Below, piece by piece: positions 39,795-51,079 of a stretch of 64,000 nt of DNA (the stretch's first letter is position 1; each line of letters begins with the position of its first letter). This DNA is from Octopus sinensis (lineage: Eukaryota). The stretch covers positions 7,756-71,755 of the forward strand of contig NW_021833930.1 of NCBI RefSeq assembly GCF_006345805.1, written 5' to 3'. Position numbers and translations under genes: made by a program. Below the pieces are notes generated by a model. The model made no database searches, was not told the origin of the DNA, and was given only the letters and a program-made list of their open reading frames with translations.

Positions 39795-40050
39795 GTTGGT
39801 GTCGGTGACAAGTAAAAGCACCAACCGATCGTGGCCATTTGCCAGCCTCCTCTGGCCACTGTGCCGGTGGCACGTAAAAAGCACCCACTACACTCATGGA
39901 GTGGTTGGCGTCAGGAAGGGCAACAGGCTATAGAAACACTGCCAGATCAGACTTGAGCCTGGTGCAGCCTCCAGGCTTCCCAGACCCTAGTTGAACCATC
40001 CAACCCATGCTAGCATAGAAAACGGATGTTAAACGATGATGATGATGAGG
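39795..40050 (+). mobile_element. Family D
   Basis: D body plus (GAT)n. Confidence 0.85.
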
Positions 40051-40316
40051 ATAAATATATATATGCCATTAATAATGTGTTAACACCCAACTGAAATGTA
40101 ACCAAGCTAATAACCGACCAACCATGTCTGGTATCAATTGCAATAAACTGATGTTACTGAATAACACTTCACCACAGCCTGCCACCAATGTGGCAGCAGC
40201 TCCCTACCAACTTTCTGTCCAAGCATGTGGGCCTAAGAATAAAGAAAAGAAATGGTATCACTTCCCTAGCATTAACATCACGTGATCTGAGCAGTCAAAC
40301 AGAGGTCTAATTTCCA

Positions 40317-40945
40317 GATCTATCTATCTATCTGCTCAGTCGAAGTTGACTCTCGGTTACTAGATGGATCAGTGTTCTCCAGCCAGCCAGTTCTATCCTG
40401 GCTCACTTCTTTCAGATTGGCTATGGCCATTCCTGTGTCATTCTTAATGGTGTCAAGCCAGCGGATTCTTGGTTGGCCTCTTCCTCTCTTGCCACTGACC
40501 ATTCCGAGCATGATGTCCTTCTCCAGGGATTTTCTCTGCATAATATGACCAAAATATGTCAATCTATGCTTGGTAATTCTAGCTTCCAGTGACAGATTCA
40601 GCTTGATCCGGTTAAGAACTTCTCCATTGGTGAGCCTCGCTGTCCATGGAATCCATAAACGTCTTCTCCAACACCAAAGCTCGAATGCATTAATTCTCTT
40701 CTGGTCAGCTTTCTTTAGTGTCCAGGTCTTGCATCCATATGTTGCTATTGGGAAGATAACTGCATTCACCAATCTGCATTTGGTAGTGAGGCTGCTGTCT
40801 CTACTCTTCCAGACCTTGCTCATGCTGACCATTGCCTCTCTGCCTAGTAGTATCCGCAGCCTTATTTCTGGAGTGCAGTTACCATCTCGATTTATTTTGG
40901 AGCCGAGGAAGATGAAATCAGGAACCACTTCAATCTCTTCATTAT
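40317..40945 (-). mobile_element. 5'-truncated RTE (BovB-like) LINE; ORF C-terminus open for ~190 codons; (GATA)n tail
   Basis: DFIFLGSKI...TKCRLVNAVIFPIATYGCKTWTLKKAD.KRINAFELWCWRR.L.IPWTAR.TN...YFGHIMQR..LEKDIMLG.VSGKRGRGQPR.RWLD. Confidence 0.95.
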
Positions 40946-41084
40946 CTTGAATTTATCATAAATCTGTTACTCTTGTTCAAGTATCTGATGAGTTGGGTTC
41001 ATCTTACACTCCCATGAAGCTATAAGTCAAGTAGATCTGACTCAAACTGTTATTAAAAAATACATTACCAGCATTGTCTTACTG

Positions 41085-41415
41085 ACACTTGTGCTGGTAG
41101 CACATGAAAAAACACTTGAGCGAGGTCATTGATGGTGCCGCTGGACTGCCTCCTGTACAGGTGGCACATAAAAAAAACACCATTTGAGCGTTGCCATTGC
41201 CAGTACCGCCTGACTGGCCCTCGTGCCAGTGGCATGTAAAAGCACTCACTACACTCTCGGAGTGGTTGGCATTAGGAAGGGCATCCAGCTGTAGAAACTC
41301 TGCCAGATCAGATTGGAGTCTGGTGCAGCCATCTGGTTCGCCAGTCCTCAGTCAAACCGTCCAACCCATGCTAGCATGGAAAGCGGACGTTAAACGATGA
41401 TGATGATGATGATGA
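41085..41415 (+). mobile_element. Family D
   Basis: D body plus (GAT)n. Confidence 0.88.
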
Positions 41416-41754
41416 CATGTACTGAGTACTACTTCCCTTTGTTTGTTCCCTCACTCTTATATTTGCATGCATGCATGTATGTATGTACATATGCATGTAT
41501 GTATGTATGTATGTATCAATTTTAATTTTAAATATTTATTTCCCTGTCAACTGTTTAACAGTTAGTATACTAAATATTTTATCTATCGTAGATTATATCT
41601 TCAGTTTCATTCCATAGATAAAGTACAACATCAATAGATCATGAAAGAAAAATAATTATAGATGCATATTTAACATATATATTATGCATGTTTAAGCTAG
41701 TTTTTGCTCTTCTTTGCTTCTATGACAGAGTGGACAGAGTGGTTACCATATACA

Positions 41755-41985
41755 AGGCGGCGAGCTGGCAGAAACGTTAGAACGCCGGGCGAAATGCTTA
41801 GCCATTTTTCGTCTGACATTACGTTCTGAGTTCAAATTCCGCCAAGGCAGACTTTGCCTTTCATCCTTTCGGGGTCGATAAATAAAGTACCAATTTCGCA
41901 CTGGGGTCGATGTAATCGACTTAATCCCTTTGTCTGTCCTTGTTTGTCCCCTCTATGTTTAGCCCCTTGTGGATAGTAAAGAAAT
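41755..41985 (+). mobile_element. SINE B with 9-bp TSD
   Basis: ATATACAAG at 41748-41756 and 41986-41994. Confidence 0.9.
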
Positions 41986-42277
41986 ATATACAAGTTTTGA
42001 TTGGTTTTGGTTGTGTATTTTTCTTTGTTTTAGTATATTAGTCTTTAAACTGCATACAGTAGTGAGGCTCTGGTTTGGGAGTCCCTGGGTTTTGAGGACA
42101 GTGGATCAATCTCTTATCCTCTAACGTTTCCAGGTCTGTTGTGACCCAGAATAGTAACATCTGCCATGGCCCCAGCTATTGGTTAATTAGCATTGCATCT
42201 GGAAGAAGGTCACTTGCAGATACACCAAATGTCCTAGGGTAGATGAGGTCCATCATTCGCCTCTTTATCTGTTAATC

Positions 42278-42603
42278 ATGAAGGCACGTGGCTTAGTGGT
42301 TAGGGGCATTCGGCTCACGATTGTAAGGTTGTGAGTTCAATTCCCGTCGACGCATTGTGTCCTTGAGCAAGATAATTTACTTTACGTTGCTCCAGTCCAC
42401 TCAGCTGGCAAAAATGAGTAGTACCTGTATTTCAAAGGGCCAGCCTTGTCACAGTCTGTATCACGCTGAATCTCCCTGAGAACTATGTTAAGGGTATACA
42501 TGTCTGTGGAGTGCTCAGCCACTTGCAAGTTAATTTCATGAGCAAGCTGTTCCGTTGATCGTATCAGCTGGAACCCTCATTGTTGCAACCGACGGAGTGC
42601 TCC
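42278..42603 (+). mobile_element. SINE C2 (different head and middle, C-type tail) with 13-bp TSD
   Basis: TTATCTGTTAATC at 42265-42277 and 42604-42616. Confidence 0.9.
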
Positions 42604-42688
42604 TTATCTGTTAATCTAAGATAGTGCTCCACAACCTTTTTTTACCTTGTGGCACACTTATATTCTTTTTAAAACTCGGTGGCACACC

Positions 42689-42898
42689 AGGGTGGTGAGC
42701 TGGCAGAAATGTTAGCACACCAGGCGAAATGCTTACCGGTATTTCATCTGCCGTTACGTTCTGAGTTCAAATTCTGCCTAGGTCGAATTTGCTTTCATCT
42801 TTCGGAGTCAATAAATTAAGTACCAGTTGTGTACTGGGGTTGATCTAATCGACTGGCCCCCTCTCCAAAAATTTTGTGCCTTGTGCCTAGAGTAGAAA
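42689..42898 (+). mobile_element. SINE B with 18-bp TSD, inside a degenerate MITE-like element (~42620-43035)
   Basis: AAAACTCGGTGGCACACC at 42671-42688 and 42899-42916. Confidence 0.9.
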
Positions 42899-43499
42899 AA
42901 AACTCGGTGGCACACCTGAACTAAAAATATAACAAAGAGTACAGGGAAAAAAATTATATTCAGGTTACATTGCGGCACACCTAATATCGTCTTGTGACAC
43001 ATTAGTGTGCCATGGAATACTGGTTGCAGAGCTCTGATCTAAGAGAAAGTAGCTTCATACAAACCCTGCATTTTGATAACTATTAGACTCATGGTAATTG
43101 TTGCACTAGACAAGTAGTTCCCAAATTTTTTCAGGCTGTTGCCCATTTGGCACCCAGACCACATTCCTAGCCCTCACCGCCACACCACCACCACCACCAC
43201 CACCACTCTCAACTCACTGCCACAAACATAGACCACTTTCTGCAGCAAATTCAAAACAACTGTATTTCACAAATAAAGCTTATCCTAATTTATCTGTCAT
43301 TTTGGGTTTTTACATCCATTGCCCCCACTTGGCCTCCCCGTTATCACCCCAGTTTACTTCAATGCCCCCACCCCTGGATCTTTCCACTGCCCCCAAGAGG
43401 GCAGTACTGCTCATTTTGGGCACGACTTGCACTAGACCAATACAAGTTTGAAGGACCAAAAAGTGGAACTGGCTCTGCACAAACCATGTCTAAGAAGGG

Positions 43500-44185
43500 T
43501 GAAGAGCCCCTTTCAGTCATGAATGACCATAGGATTGCACATAGAAAATTCCCCTCGTAGGCACAAGTCCGGTCAAGGTTGTTTATGGAGGACCAGCAGT
43601 CTCCCATGCATAGCAGCCTCCCCTCTCCACACCACCAGTGTTATCCAGGGGAAAAGCATAGACCAATACAGCTTGGCATCAGTGTGATCTCATTCTCGTT
43701 CACAACATCATAAGCGGAAAGTGTAACCTCTTGAAAGAGCTGTTCTTCACTCCTGCTCCAGAGCGTGGGCTACGAGGTCACTTCGAAAAGCTCTATCTAT
43801 GACGATTTCATCTTAATCGAAGGAGAGGGGCTTTCTCCGTCCAGGTTGCGGATCCGTGGAATAAGCTGCTGGACGAGATAGTGAAGATGCCGACGACCGC
43901 TCGGTTCAAAGTCTCTCTTGACCAGAAATGGCCTGAACTCTTTGTATGAACACCCTCCCTGTACATAACTCATGTCCCCCTACATGGCCTTGCTTTTGCT
44001 TTTTGAGCCAAAATAATTAAATTAAAATTAAAAATTAAATTAACTCATTTCTACAGCTGAGTGAACTGGAGCAATGTGAAATAAAGTATCTTGCTCAAGA
44101 GCACAACACACAGCCTGGGCTGAGAATTGAACTCAGTACCTCATGATTGTGAACCTGACGCTCTAACCACTGAGCAATGTGTCTA
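43500..44185 (-). mobile_element. SINE H split by a CR1 fragment
   Basis: H halves at 43500-43688 and 44044-44185. Confidence 0.8.
43695..44043 (+). mobile_element. CR1-clade LINE 3' fragment
   Basis: LRGHFEKLYL...GAFSVQVADPWNKL.DEIV...RFKVSLDQKWPELFV*. AATT-type tail; candidate TSD CTCATT. Confidence 0.8.
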
Positions 44186-44304
44186 CTATGATAATAAACC
44201 CTTGCTGCTTCATGGAATAATATATTCTTTTATTCTTTTATTCTTTTATTGTTTTAGTCATTTGACTGCAGCCATGCTGGAGCACCACCTTTTAAAAGTG
44301 TGAG

Positions 44305-44411
44305 ATGCTTACAGCACCTAGGTTTCCCAAGTGGTCACCCATCTAAGTACTCACTAGGCTCGACGTTGCTGAACTTCAGTGATTAGATAAGGACTGGGGA
44401 ATTCAATGTGG
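44305..44411 (-). pseudogene. 5S rRNA pseudogene (about nt 14-120)
   Basis: Minus strand ccacattgaa...atcactgaagttcagcaacgtcgagcctagtgagtacttagatgggtgaccacttgggaaacctaggtgctgtaagc aligns to the invertebrate 5S consensus as I recall it. Many differences are CpG to TpG/CpA. Confidence 0.88.
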
Positions 44412-44619
44412 AGCATTTACAAATAGTTGAGGGAGTAAATCCATACGGAAAATCCAAACCAAGGGGCCATAAAGTGGACGTGTAGGATTATGCTCAACCA
44501 ATATTTGGCTTCCCCTGTTTGTTCCATGGATGCAGCAAATGTATTGACTTAGACTTTCTTTTGTGATATATCCATGAACAGAGAAGTGCTAAGTGTACTT
44601 GGGACTAGGCACTTGCTTC

Positions 44620-44935
44620 TGGAAACAAAACGAGACACAGAAGAGATGGTTAAGAGGGAGAGAAGGAGAAGAAGAAGAAGAAGAAGAAGAAGAAAAGAGG
44701 ACAAAAAAGAAGAAAACAGGATAAAAAGATGAAGAGGAAGAAGAAGAAGAGGATGAAAAGAAAGGCGAAGAGAAAGAAGAGAAAAGGGGATGAAAAAGAT
44801 GATGAAGAAGAAGAAGAAGAAGAAGAAGAAAAAGAAAAAGAAGAAGGAGAAGAAGAAGAAGAAAAAAAGAAAAAGGAGAAGAAGAAGAAGAAAAAGAAGA
44901 AAAAGAAGAAGAAGAAGAAAAAGAAGAAGAAGATG
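44620..44935. repeat. Polypurine (GAA/AAG)n tract
   Basis: Direct reading. Confidence 0.95.
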
Positions 44936-45439
44936 TTTGTGGGCTAGTAGTAGTGTACTTATCGATGATGAAGACAATGAGGAAGATAGAAGAGGGGGGA
45001 GGGACGGGAGGGGGGAGTCCTAGGTCAGCCCCCTGATTGATCAATAGTATAAAATCACAGGACGTTATAGATTAAAATGAGATTTAATTTTTTGATAAGG
45101 GATTCACATCGTTTTTCTGTGTGTTTTTTTCTCATGCTTGGGGTTTTTCTTTAATTAGGATATTGATTATGTTAATTCAACCTTTTACGATTAGGGGATT
45201 TATAATTATGATGACTAAGTATTTTTATTTCTTTATAAGGAATGGAATTACATTTTTTTGCTTTTAGTAATTCTTGCTATGAATATAAATTGTTCTCAAT
45301 ATGTACTGGGGCGGCGGTCTGTTAGTAGTATACACATGCACACACACAATCTCAAACATGCACATATATATCTAATATATAAACACAAACTCAAACACAT
45401 AGCTTTCTTGGGGAGACCTATTGAGTCAAGTACATCAAC

Positions 45440-45800
45440 ACCAACATCAAAATAAAAATCAATTGGAAATTGTAGTTAAGATACCTGTGCTGGTAACACG
45501 TAAAAAGGCAGATGCCAGCGCCGCCTGACTGGTGTCCATGTCGGTGACATGTAAAAGCACCAACCGATCGTGGCCGTTTGCCAGACTCCTCTGGCCCCTG
45601 TGCCAGTGGCACATAAAAAACACCCACTACACTCACAGAGTGGTGGCGTTAGGAAGGGCATCCAGCTGTAGAAACACTGCCAGATCAGACTGGAGCCTGG
45701 TGCAGCCTCCTGGCTTCCCAGACCCCGGTCGAACTGTCCAACCCATGCTAGCATGGAAAACAGACGTTAAATGATGATGATGATGATGATGATGATGATA
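45440..45800 (+). mobile_element. Family D
   Basis: D body plus (GAT)n. Confidence 0.88.
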
Positions 45801-46059
45801 TATATCTAATATATAAATTCTATTCTGTCTGTCTGTTTGTGCACTTATAACTCAAGTATTGTTCATGCGATCATGCAGAAATTTTAAACATGGATACATG
45901 AGAGAGCGGGCATTTCGTTATGTAAAAAGATTTTCAAAATTGTCAGTTTCAAAGTGAGAATCACTATTTTTGTAATCTTTTTGTCCTGTTTGTTCTGCCA
46001 TTAAAAGCAACGAGTTGCTCAGACAGCCGGCACATACCATTTTGGAAATAGATATTTCC

Positions 46060-46410
46060 TCCTCAGAACTTTCCAAGAAGTAATGCCTCCCCTTTCTCCC
46101 CTTCTTTGGAACTTTCCATGAAGTAATTCCTCCCCCTCCCCGGAACTTACCAGGAAGTAATTCCTCTCTCCTTGGAATTTTCCGGAAATAATTCATCCAC
46201 CTCCTTGAAATTTCCAGGAAATAAAATTGTCCCCTCCTTGGAACATTCCAGTTAGTAATACTTCTCCCTCATTGGAACTTTCCAGGAAGTAATTCATCAC
46301 CATCCTCAGAACTTTCCAGGAAATACATCCTCCTATCTCAGAACTTTCCTGGAAGTAATTCCTCCCATTCATCTCCCTCCTTGGAACTTTCCAGGAAGTA
46401 ATTCTTCCCC
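46060..46410. repeat. Minisatellite, about ten ~33-bp units with core GGAACTTTCCAGGAAGTAATT
   Basis: Cores near 46064, 46108, 46142, 46174, 46206, 46240, 46274, 46308, 46340 and 46383. Confidence 0.9.
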
Positions 46411-46719
46411 TCCTTGGATCCCTCCTTTTTCTTGTGATTTCCTTTCAAATTTTGCCACTCTGCATCCATGCGTTTCCATGATTGAAGGCCTTCTTCTCCC
46501 AGCCATTTTTGGTTTTGAATTGCCATTGCTACATCTGTAACTTTGGTTTTTTTTTTCGGTAAGGTTCTTATCCATTGTAAACCTATTTTTACCTCTGAGA
46601 AGAGATGGACTATTTATTAGTTTAGTCTTTATCCTTTTACCTGTCTGGCATGAAAGGTCCTACCAGGAGATTATGTTCTGCTGGCATAGCTCTCAGGGTC
46701 ATTAAGGTGCATAAATTAC

Positions 46720-47126
46720 CCTCCATCAGACACCTACCATATTCTGAGCGCCTGTTTCCCTGGGCATGGATTCACTGAAGCCTGGTGTTCTGGCGATGGA
46801 CTGGTAAACAACCACAAAGTTATCAACCCACCTCACAACAACAACCCTGAACACTTTTTGATCTCCATGTGTCTAACACATGTGGACATGCCTACAAAGT
46901 CAGAAAACAACACAGCTCCCATGACTTTCGGAAACATTTTTTCACGCTCAGAGTTGCTGAAGCATGGAATAAACTGCCTGCGTCAGTTTGTGACTGCCAT
47001 GACACTGCATCCTTTAAGGCCTCATGCTTTCCGAAATCCGCCGAAACTACACCTGATATATATACACTTTAGATGAGTTGTAGTGCACCTGAGCACTGTA
47101 CACAATTATTATTATTATTATTATTA
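46720..47126 (+). mobile_element. CR1-clade 3' fragment (same family as 27415)
   Basis: GHAYKVRKQHSSHDFRKHFFTLRVAEAWNKLPASV; (ATT)n tail. Confidence 0.88.
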
Positions 47127-47204
47127 CCATGCTGCAACAAGGATTGGACCTTGTAGTGGGGCACTTATGTTGCCTACATATTATTACAACATACCATTCA
47201 TCAT

Positions 47205-47420
47205 CCTCATCATCATCATTTCACATTTGCTTTCTATGTGGGCATGGGTAGGATGGTTTGACAGGGAACTGGCCAGCTGCAATGCTGCATTGAGCACCAG
47301 TGTTACCTTCGGCATAGTCTCTACAGCTGGATGCCCTTCCTAATGCCACCCATTTTACAGAGTGTACTGCGTGCTTATTTTACATGGCACCAGCACCAGT
47401 GAGGTCACCAAGTAACTTGC
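47205..47420 (-). mobile_element. Family D, diverged
   Basis: ctacagctggatgcccttcctaatgcc motif after (CAT)n. Confidence 0.7.
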
Positions 47421-47544
47421 AAAATAGAAGAAAATAAAGAAGGAGGAGAAGGAAAGAAAGAAAACCAACTCCAACTACTTTTCTCTTTTAACCATCCAAT
47501 TACTCAACAACCTTGTAACTCACTCAAACCTCATTTACTTCTTA

Positions 47545-48136
47545 TTTCTTTATTGCCCACAAAGGGCTAAACATAGAGGGGACAAACAAGGACAGACAAA
47601 GGGATTCAGTCAAATATATCGACCCCAGTGTGCAACTGGTACTTAATTCATCGACCCCGAAAGGATGAAAAGCAAAGTTGACCATGGCAGAATTTTAACT
47701 CAGAGCATAACGGCAGATGAAATACCAATTTCTTTACTACCCACAAGAGGCTAAACACAGAGAAGACAAACAAGGACAGACAAATGGATTAAGTCGATTA
47801 CATCGACCCTAGTGTGTAACTGGTACTTAATTTATCGACCCTGAAAGGATGAAAGGCAAAGTTGACCATGGCAGAATTTGAACTCAGAGCATAACGGCAG
47901 ATGAAATACCTATTTCTTTACTACCCACAAGGTGTTAAACACAGAGAGGACAAACAAAGGTAGACAAATAGATTAAGTCGATTACATCAACCCTAGTGCG
48001 TAACTGGTACTTAATTTATCGACCCCAAAAGGATGAAAAGCAAAGTCGACCTCGGTGGAATTTGAACTCAGAACGCAGCTGCAGACGAAATACCACAAAG
48101 CATTTCGCCCGGCGTGCTAACGTTTCTGCCAGCTCA
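47545..48136 (-). mobile_element. SINE B trimer inside a single 19-bp TSD
   Basis: AAACCTCATTTACTTCTTA at 47526-47544 and 48144-48162; 184-bp period. Confidence 0.92.
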
Positions 48137-48388
48137 AAGACGTAAACCTCATTTACTTCTTACCCTTGAACTAAAAGCTCTTCAGGTTGATGCTCCAGCA
48201 TGGCTGCAGTCTAATGACTGAAAACGTAAAAGTAAAAGAATGAATGATAGATATCTTGGCTAGAAAATCTTTGATCATAGGTTTGCTGGATTAGGGCCCA
48301 GTGGGGGTTTAACAAGAACAAGTCTTATTCACTTGAGAGAAGATTTGCAAAAGCTTTTGGCCATTTCAGCGCTTCCACTGACTATGTA

Positions 48389-48946
48389 TTGGGTTGTCCA
48401 GAAAATTCATGCCGAGTTATAGTAGCTTACCTTTCGACTTAGTTTAGAACATGGTTGAGTCCATAAAATAGGATTTGACTACACCTCCATTTAGAGCACA
48501 GTTTAAGTTATCTTTTCGTGGAAGAAGGTTTATGTTCCTATAACCTGTGTTAATCCTGTAACCCTTTAAAATGGAAGATAAGAAAGTTCATTTTTGGCAC
48601 TTGATGCTTTGGGAACCAGACAACAATTGCTGCAGCTCGGCTGGGATGTGTTACCCCACCCTCCATATTCACCAGATATTGCTCCTTCGGATTTCCACTT
48701 ATTCAGGTGTCTACAGAATAGTCTTAATGTTAAAAATTTCAATTCCTTGAATGACGTAAAAAGATACCTTGATGAATTCTTTGCCATGAAACCACCTCAA
48801 TTCTGGGAAGAAGGTATTTTCAAGTTAAAGGAAAGATGGGGACGCATTGTGCAACAAAACGGTTCATATTTGGTTGATTAATAGCAAGTATTTATTGACC
48901 TTTTTCTTTCCTTTAAAAATCGGCACGAACTTTCCGGACAACCCAA
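48389..48946 (+). mobile_element. Internally deleted mariner (D34D-type) element
   Basis: TIRs ttgggttgtccagaaaattcatgccga / tcggcacgaactttccggacaacccaa with TA TSD. The N-terminus MEDKKVHFWHLML (48571) is fused to LGWDVLPHPPYSPDIAPSDFHLF...KLKERW..IVQQNGSY. Confidence 0.95.
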
Positions 48947-49476
48947 TAATTTGAAAAAAATAAAAATGGTTTCTGGAACAGCAGTAAATAATTAGCAGCA
49001 GATCATATGCATTGTGTAGAGGGGAGGGGTGCTGACTAAGACACGCAACACCCTTCCCTCTTACCTCTCCTAGCAATGAATACGACAATAGCAACAAGAT
49101 GTGAATAGCACTCTTTGATTTGCATGCATACAAAGGCTAAGTTAAGTTTGTGTTGGAACATGCAATTTTCCAGCTGAATGACTTTTTGTTTCCTACTGTG
49201 AATCACTCAGCCGTGAAGTTCTAGTGCAGCACGTGTATAGGGAGATAGACTTTAAAGCAAGGCAAACATTTCACGTTTACACTACAACACAGGCTTGGTT
49301 GCTGGCATAGTTTATTGTTCGCTATTAAGCTGCAGAAGCAACAGCAGCAACGGCAGCAGTGACGGCAGCAGCAACAGCAGCGACAGTAGCAACATCAGCA
49401 GCACTGGTGGTGCAGCTGTGAAATCGATGAGTTTTTATTTTATTGTCTTGGAATGCTGAGTTCATATTCTCCATCA

Positions 49477-49871
49477 GTGGAGGCGCAATGGCCCAGTGGT
49501 TGGGGCAGCGGACTTGCAGTCATAGGATCGCGGTTTCGATTCCCAGACCGGGCGTTGTGAGTGTTTATTGAGCGAAACCACCTAAAGCTCCACGAGGCTC
49601 CGGCAGGGGATGGTGGTGATCCCTGCTGTACTCTTTCACCACAACTTTCTCTCACTCTTACTTCCTGTTTCTGTTGTACCTGTATTTCAAAGGGCCGGCC
49701 TTGTCACTCTCTGTGTCACGCTGAATATCCCCGAGAACTACGTTAAGGGTACACGTGTCTGTAGAGTGCTCAGCCACTTACACGTTAATTTCACGAGCAG
49801 GCTGTTCCGTTGATTCGGATCAACCGGAACCCTCGTCGTCGTAACCGACGGAGTGCTTCCCCCCATCCCCC
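49477..49871 (+). mobile_element. SINE C, full length with TSD
   Basis: ATTCTCCATCAGT at 49466-49478 and 49872-49884; A and B boxes in the head. Confidence 0.93.
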
Positions 49872-50162
49872 ATTCTCCATCAGTAAAATTTATTGTCAGA
49901 AAATTCCTAAACCAATGGAATAACCTCCATGCGGTTTCTCCTCGTTCCGGAGATGGCAGCCAACCAAACCTCTTTCTAGCTACACATTCTACTTTTTACC
50001 TTTTACTTATTACTTATTTCAGTCATTAGATTGTGGTCATGCTGGAGCACCGCCTCGAAGGGTTTAGTCAAACAAATCAATCCCATTATTTACATTATTT
50101 ACATTATTTACATTCGACGGATATTTGTCCTCATCTTGTTTGTCGTTAACACAACGTGCCCA

Positions 50163-50397
50163 CGGGTATATGGTGTAGTGGTTAAGAGTGCAGGCTACTA
50201 ACCCCAAGATTCTGAGTTTGATTCCAAGCAGTGACCTGAACAACAACAACAACAACAGCAGCAGCAACAACAACAACAACAACAGCAACAGCAGCAGCAG
50301 CAACAACAACAACAACAACAGCAGCAGCAGCAGCAACAACAACAACAACAACAGGAGCAGCAACAACAACAACAACAACAATAATGTTAATAATAAT

Positions 50398-50462
<65 letters not shown>

Positions 50463-50662
50463 TAATAATAACATCGAAAAATACCTTAGGAATGAGAACC
50501 CAGGTTCGAAATTTCCCCAAGACACCTGAAAAAGGCTGGAGGGTATATCAGCCAAAACGTTGTGTTAACAACAAACAAGATGAGGACAAATATCCATCGA
50601 ATGTAAATAATATAAATAATGTAAATAATGTACATAATTCTTCATCTCTTAAATATAGAACT
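50163..50662 (+). mobile_element. tRNA-headed SINE with microsatellite linker and hammerhead-bearing 3' body (family P3)
   Basis: A box TGGTGTAGTGG (50171), B box GAGTTTGATTCC (50214), (AAC/AGC/AAT)n linker, hammerhead at 50521-50566. Confidence 0.75.
50521..50566 (+). ncRNA. Hammerhead motif in family P3 (decayed copy)
   Basis: gacac-CTGAAAA-a-ggctg(gagggtatat)cagcc-AAAAC-GTT-gtgtt. The consensus with 10325-10370 restores an intact core. Confidence 0.6.
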
Positions 50663-51079
50663 GTATAAATCAATCCTAGTACGTATTTTAAAGTCTGGGA
50701 CTTATTCTATCAATCACTCTTGACAAACTACTGAGTCATGGGATGTAAACAAACCAGCAACAGCAGCATCAATAAGTACTGGGGTTAATTCATTTAACTG
50801 AACCTTTCAAAGCAGTGCCCCTACATGGCCACAGTCCAATGAGAGAAACAAGTAAAAAGATAAATTGAAAAAAGATATAATTATGATGATGATGATGATG
50901 ATGACAACAGTAGTAGAAGTAGAAAGGATAGAGACCCCCTTAGAATCCCTGATCTGTGAATATATCCATTTTGAAGAACCCCCATGTATAAATACCAACT
51001 GTATTAGTGTGAATGATGAATCTACAAGTTTTCTTGAAACGTATTATTAATATATAAGCAATTAAAATAATAATAAAAT

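Noticed and set aside
49477-49555. SINE heads as functional tRNA genes
   Set aside because: They have A and B boxes but no complete cloverleaf, and they run into SINE bodies.
50188-50529. Asn/Ser-rich ORF
   Set aside because: It is the microsatellite linker of the hammerhead SINE.
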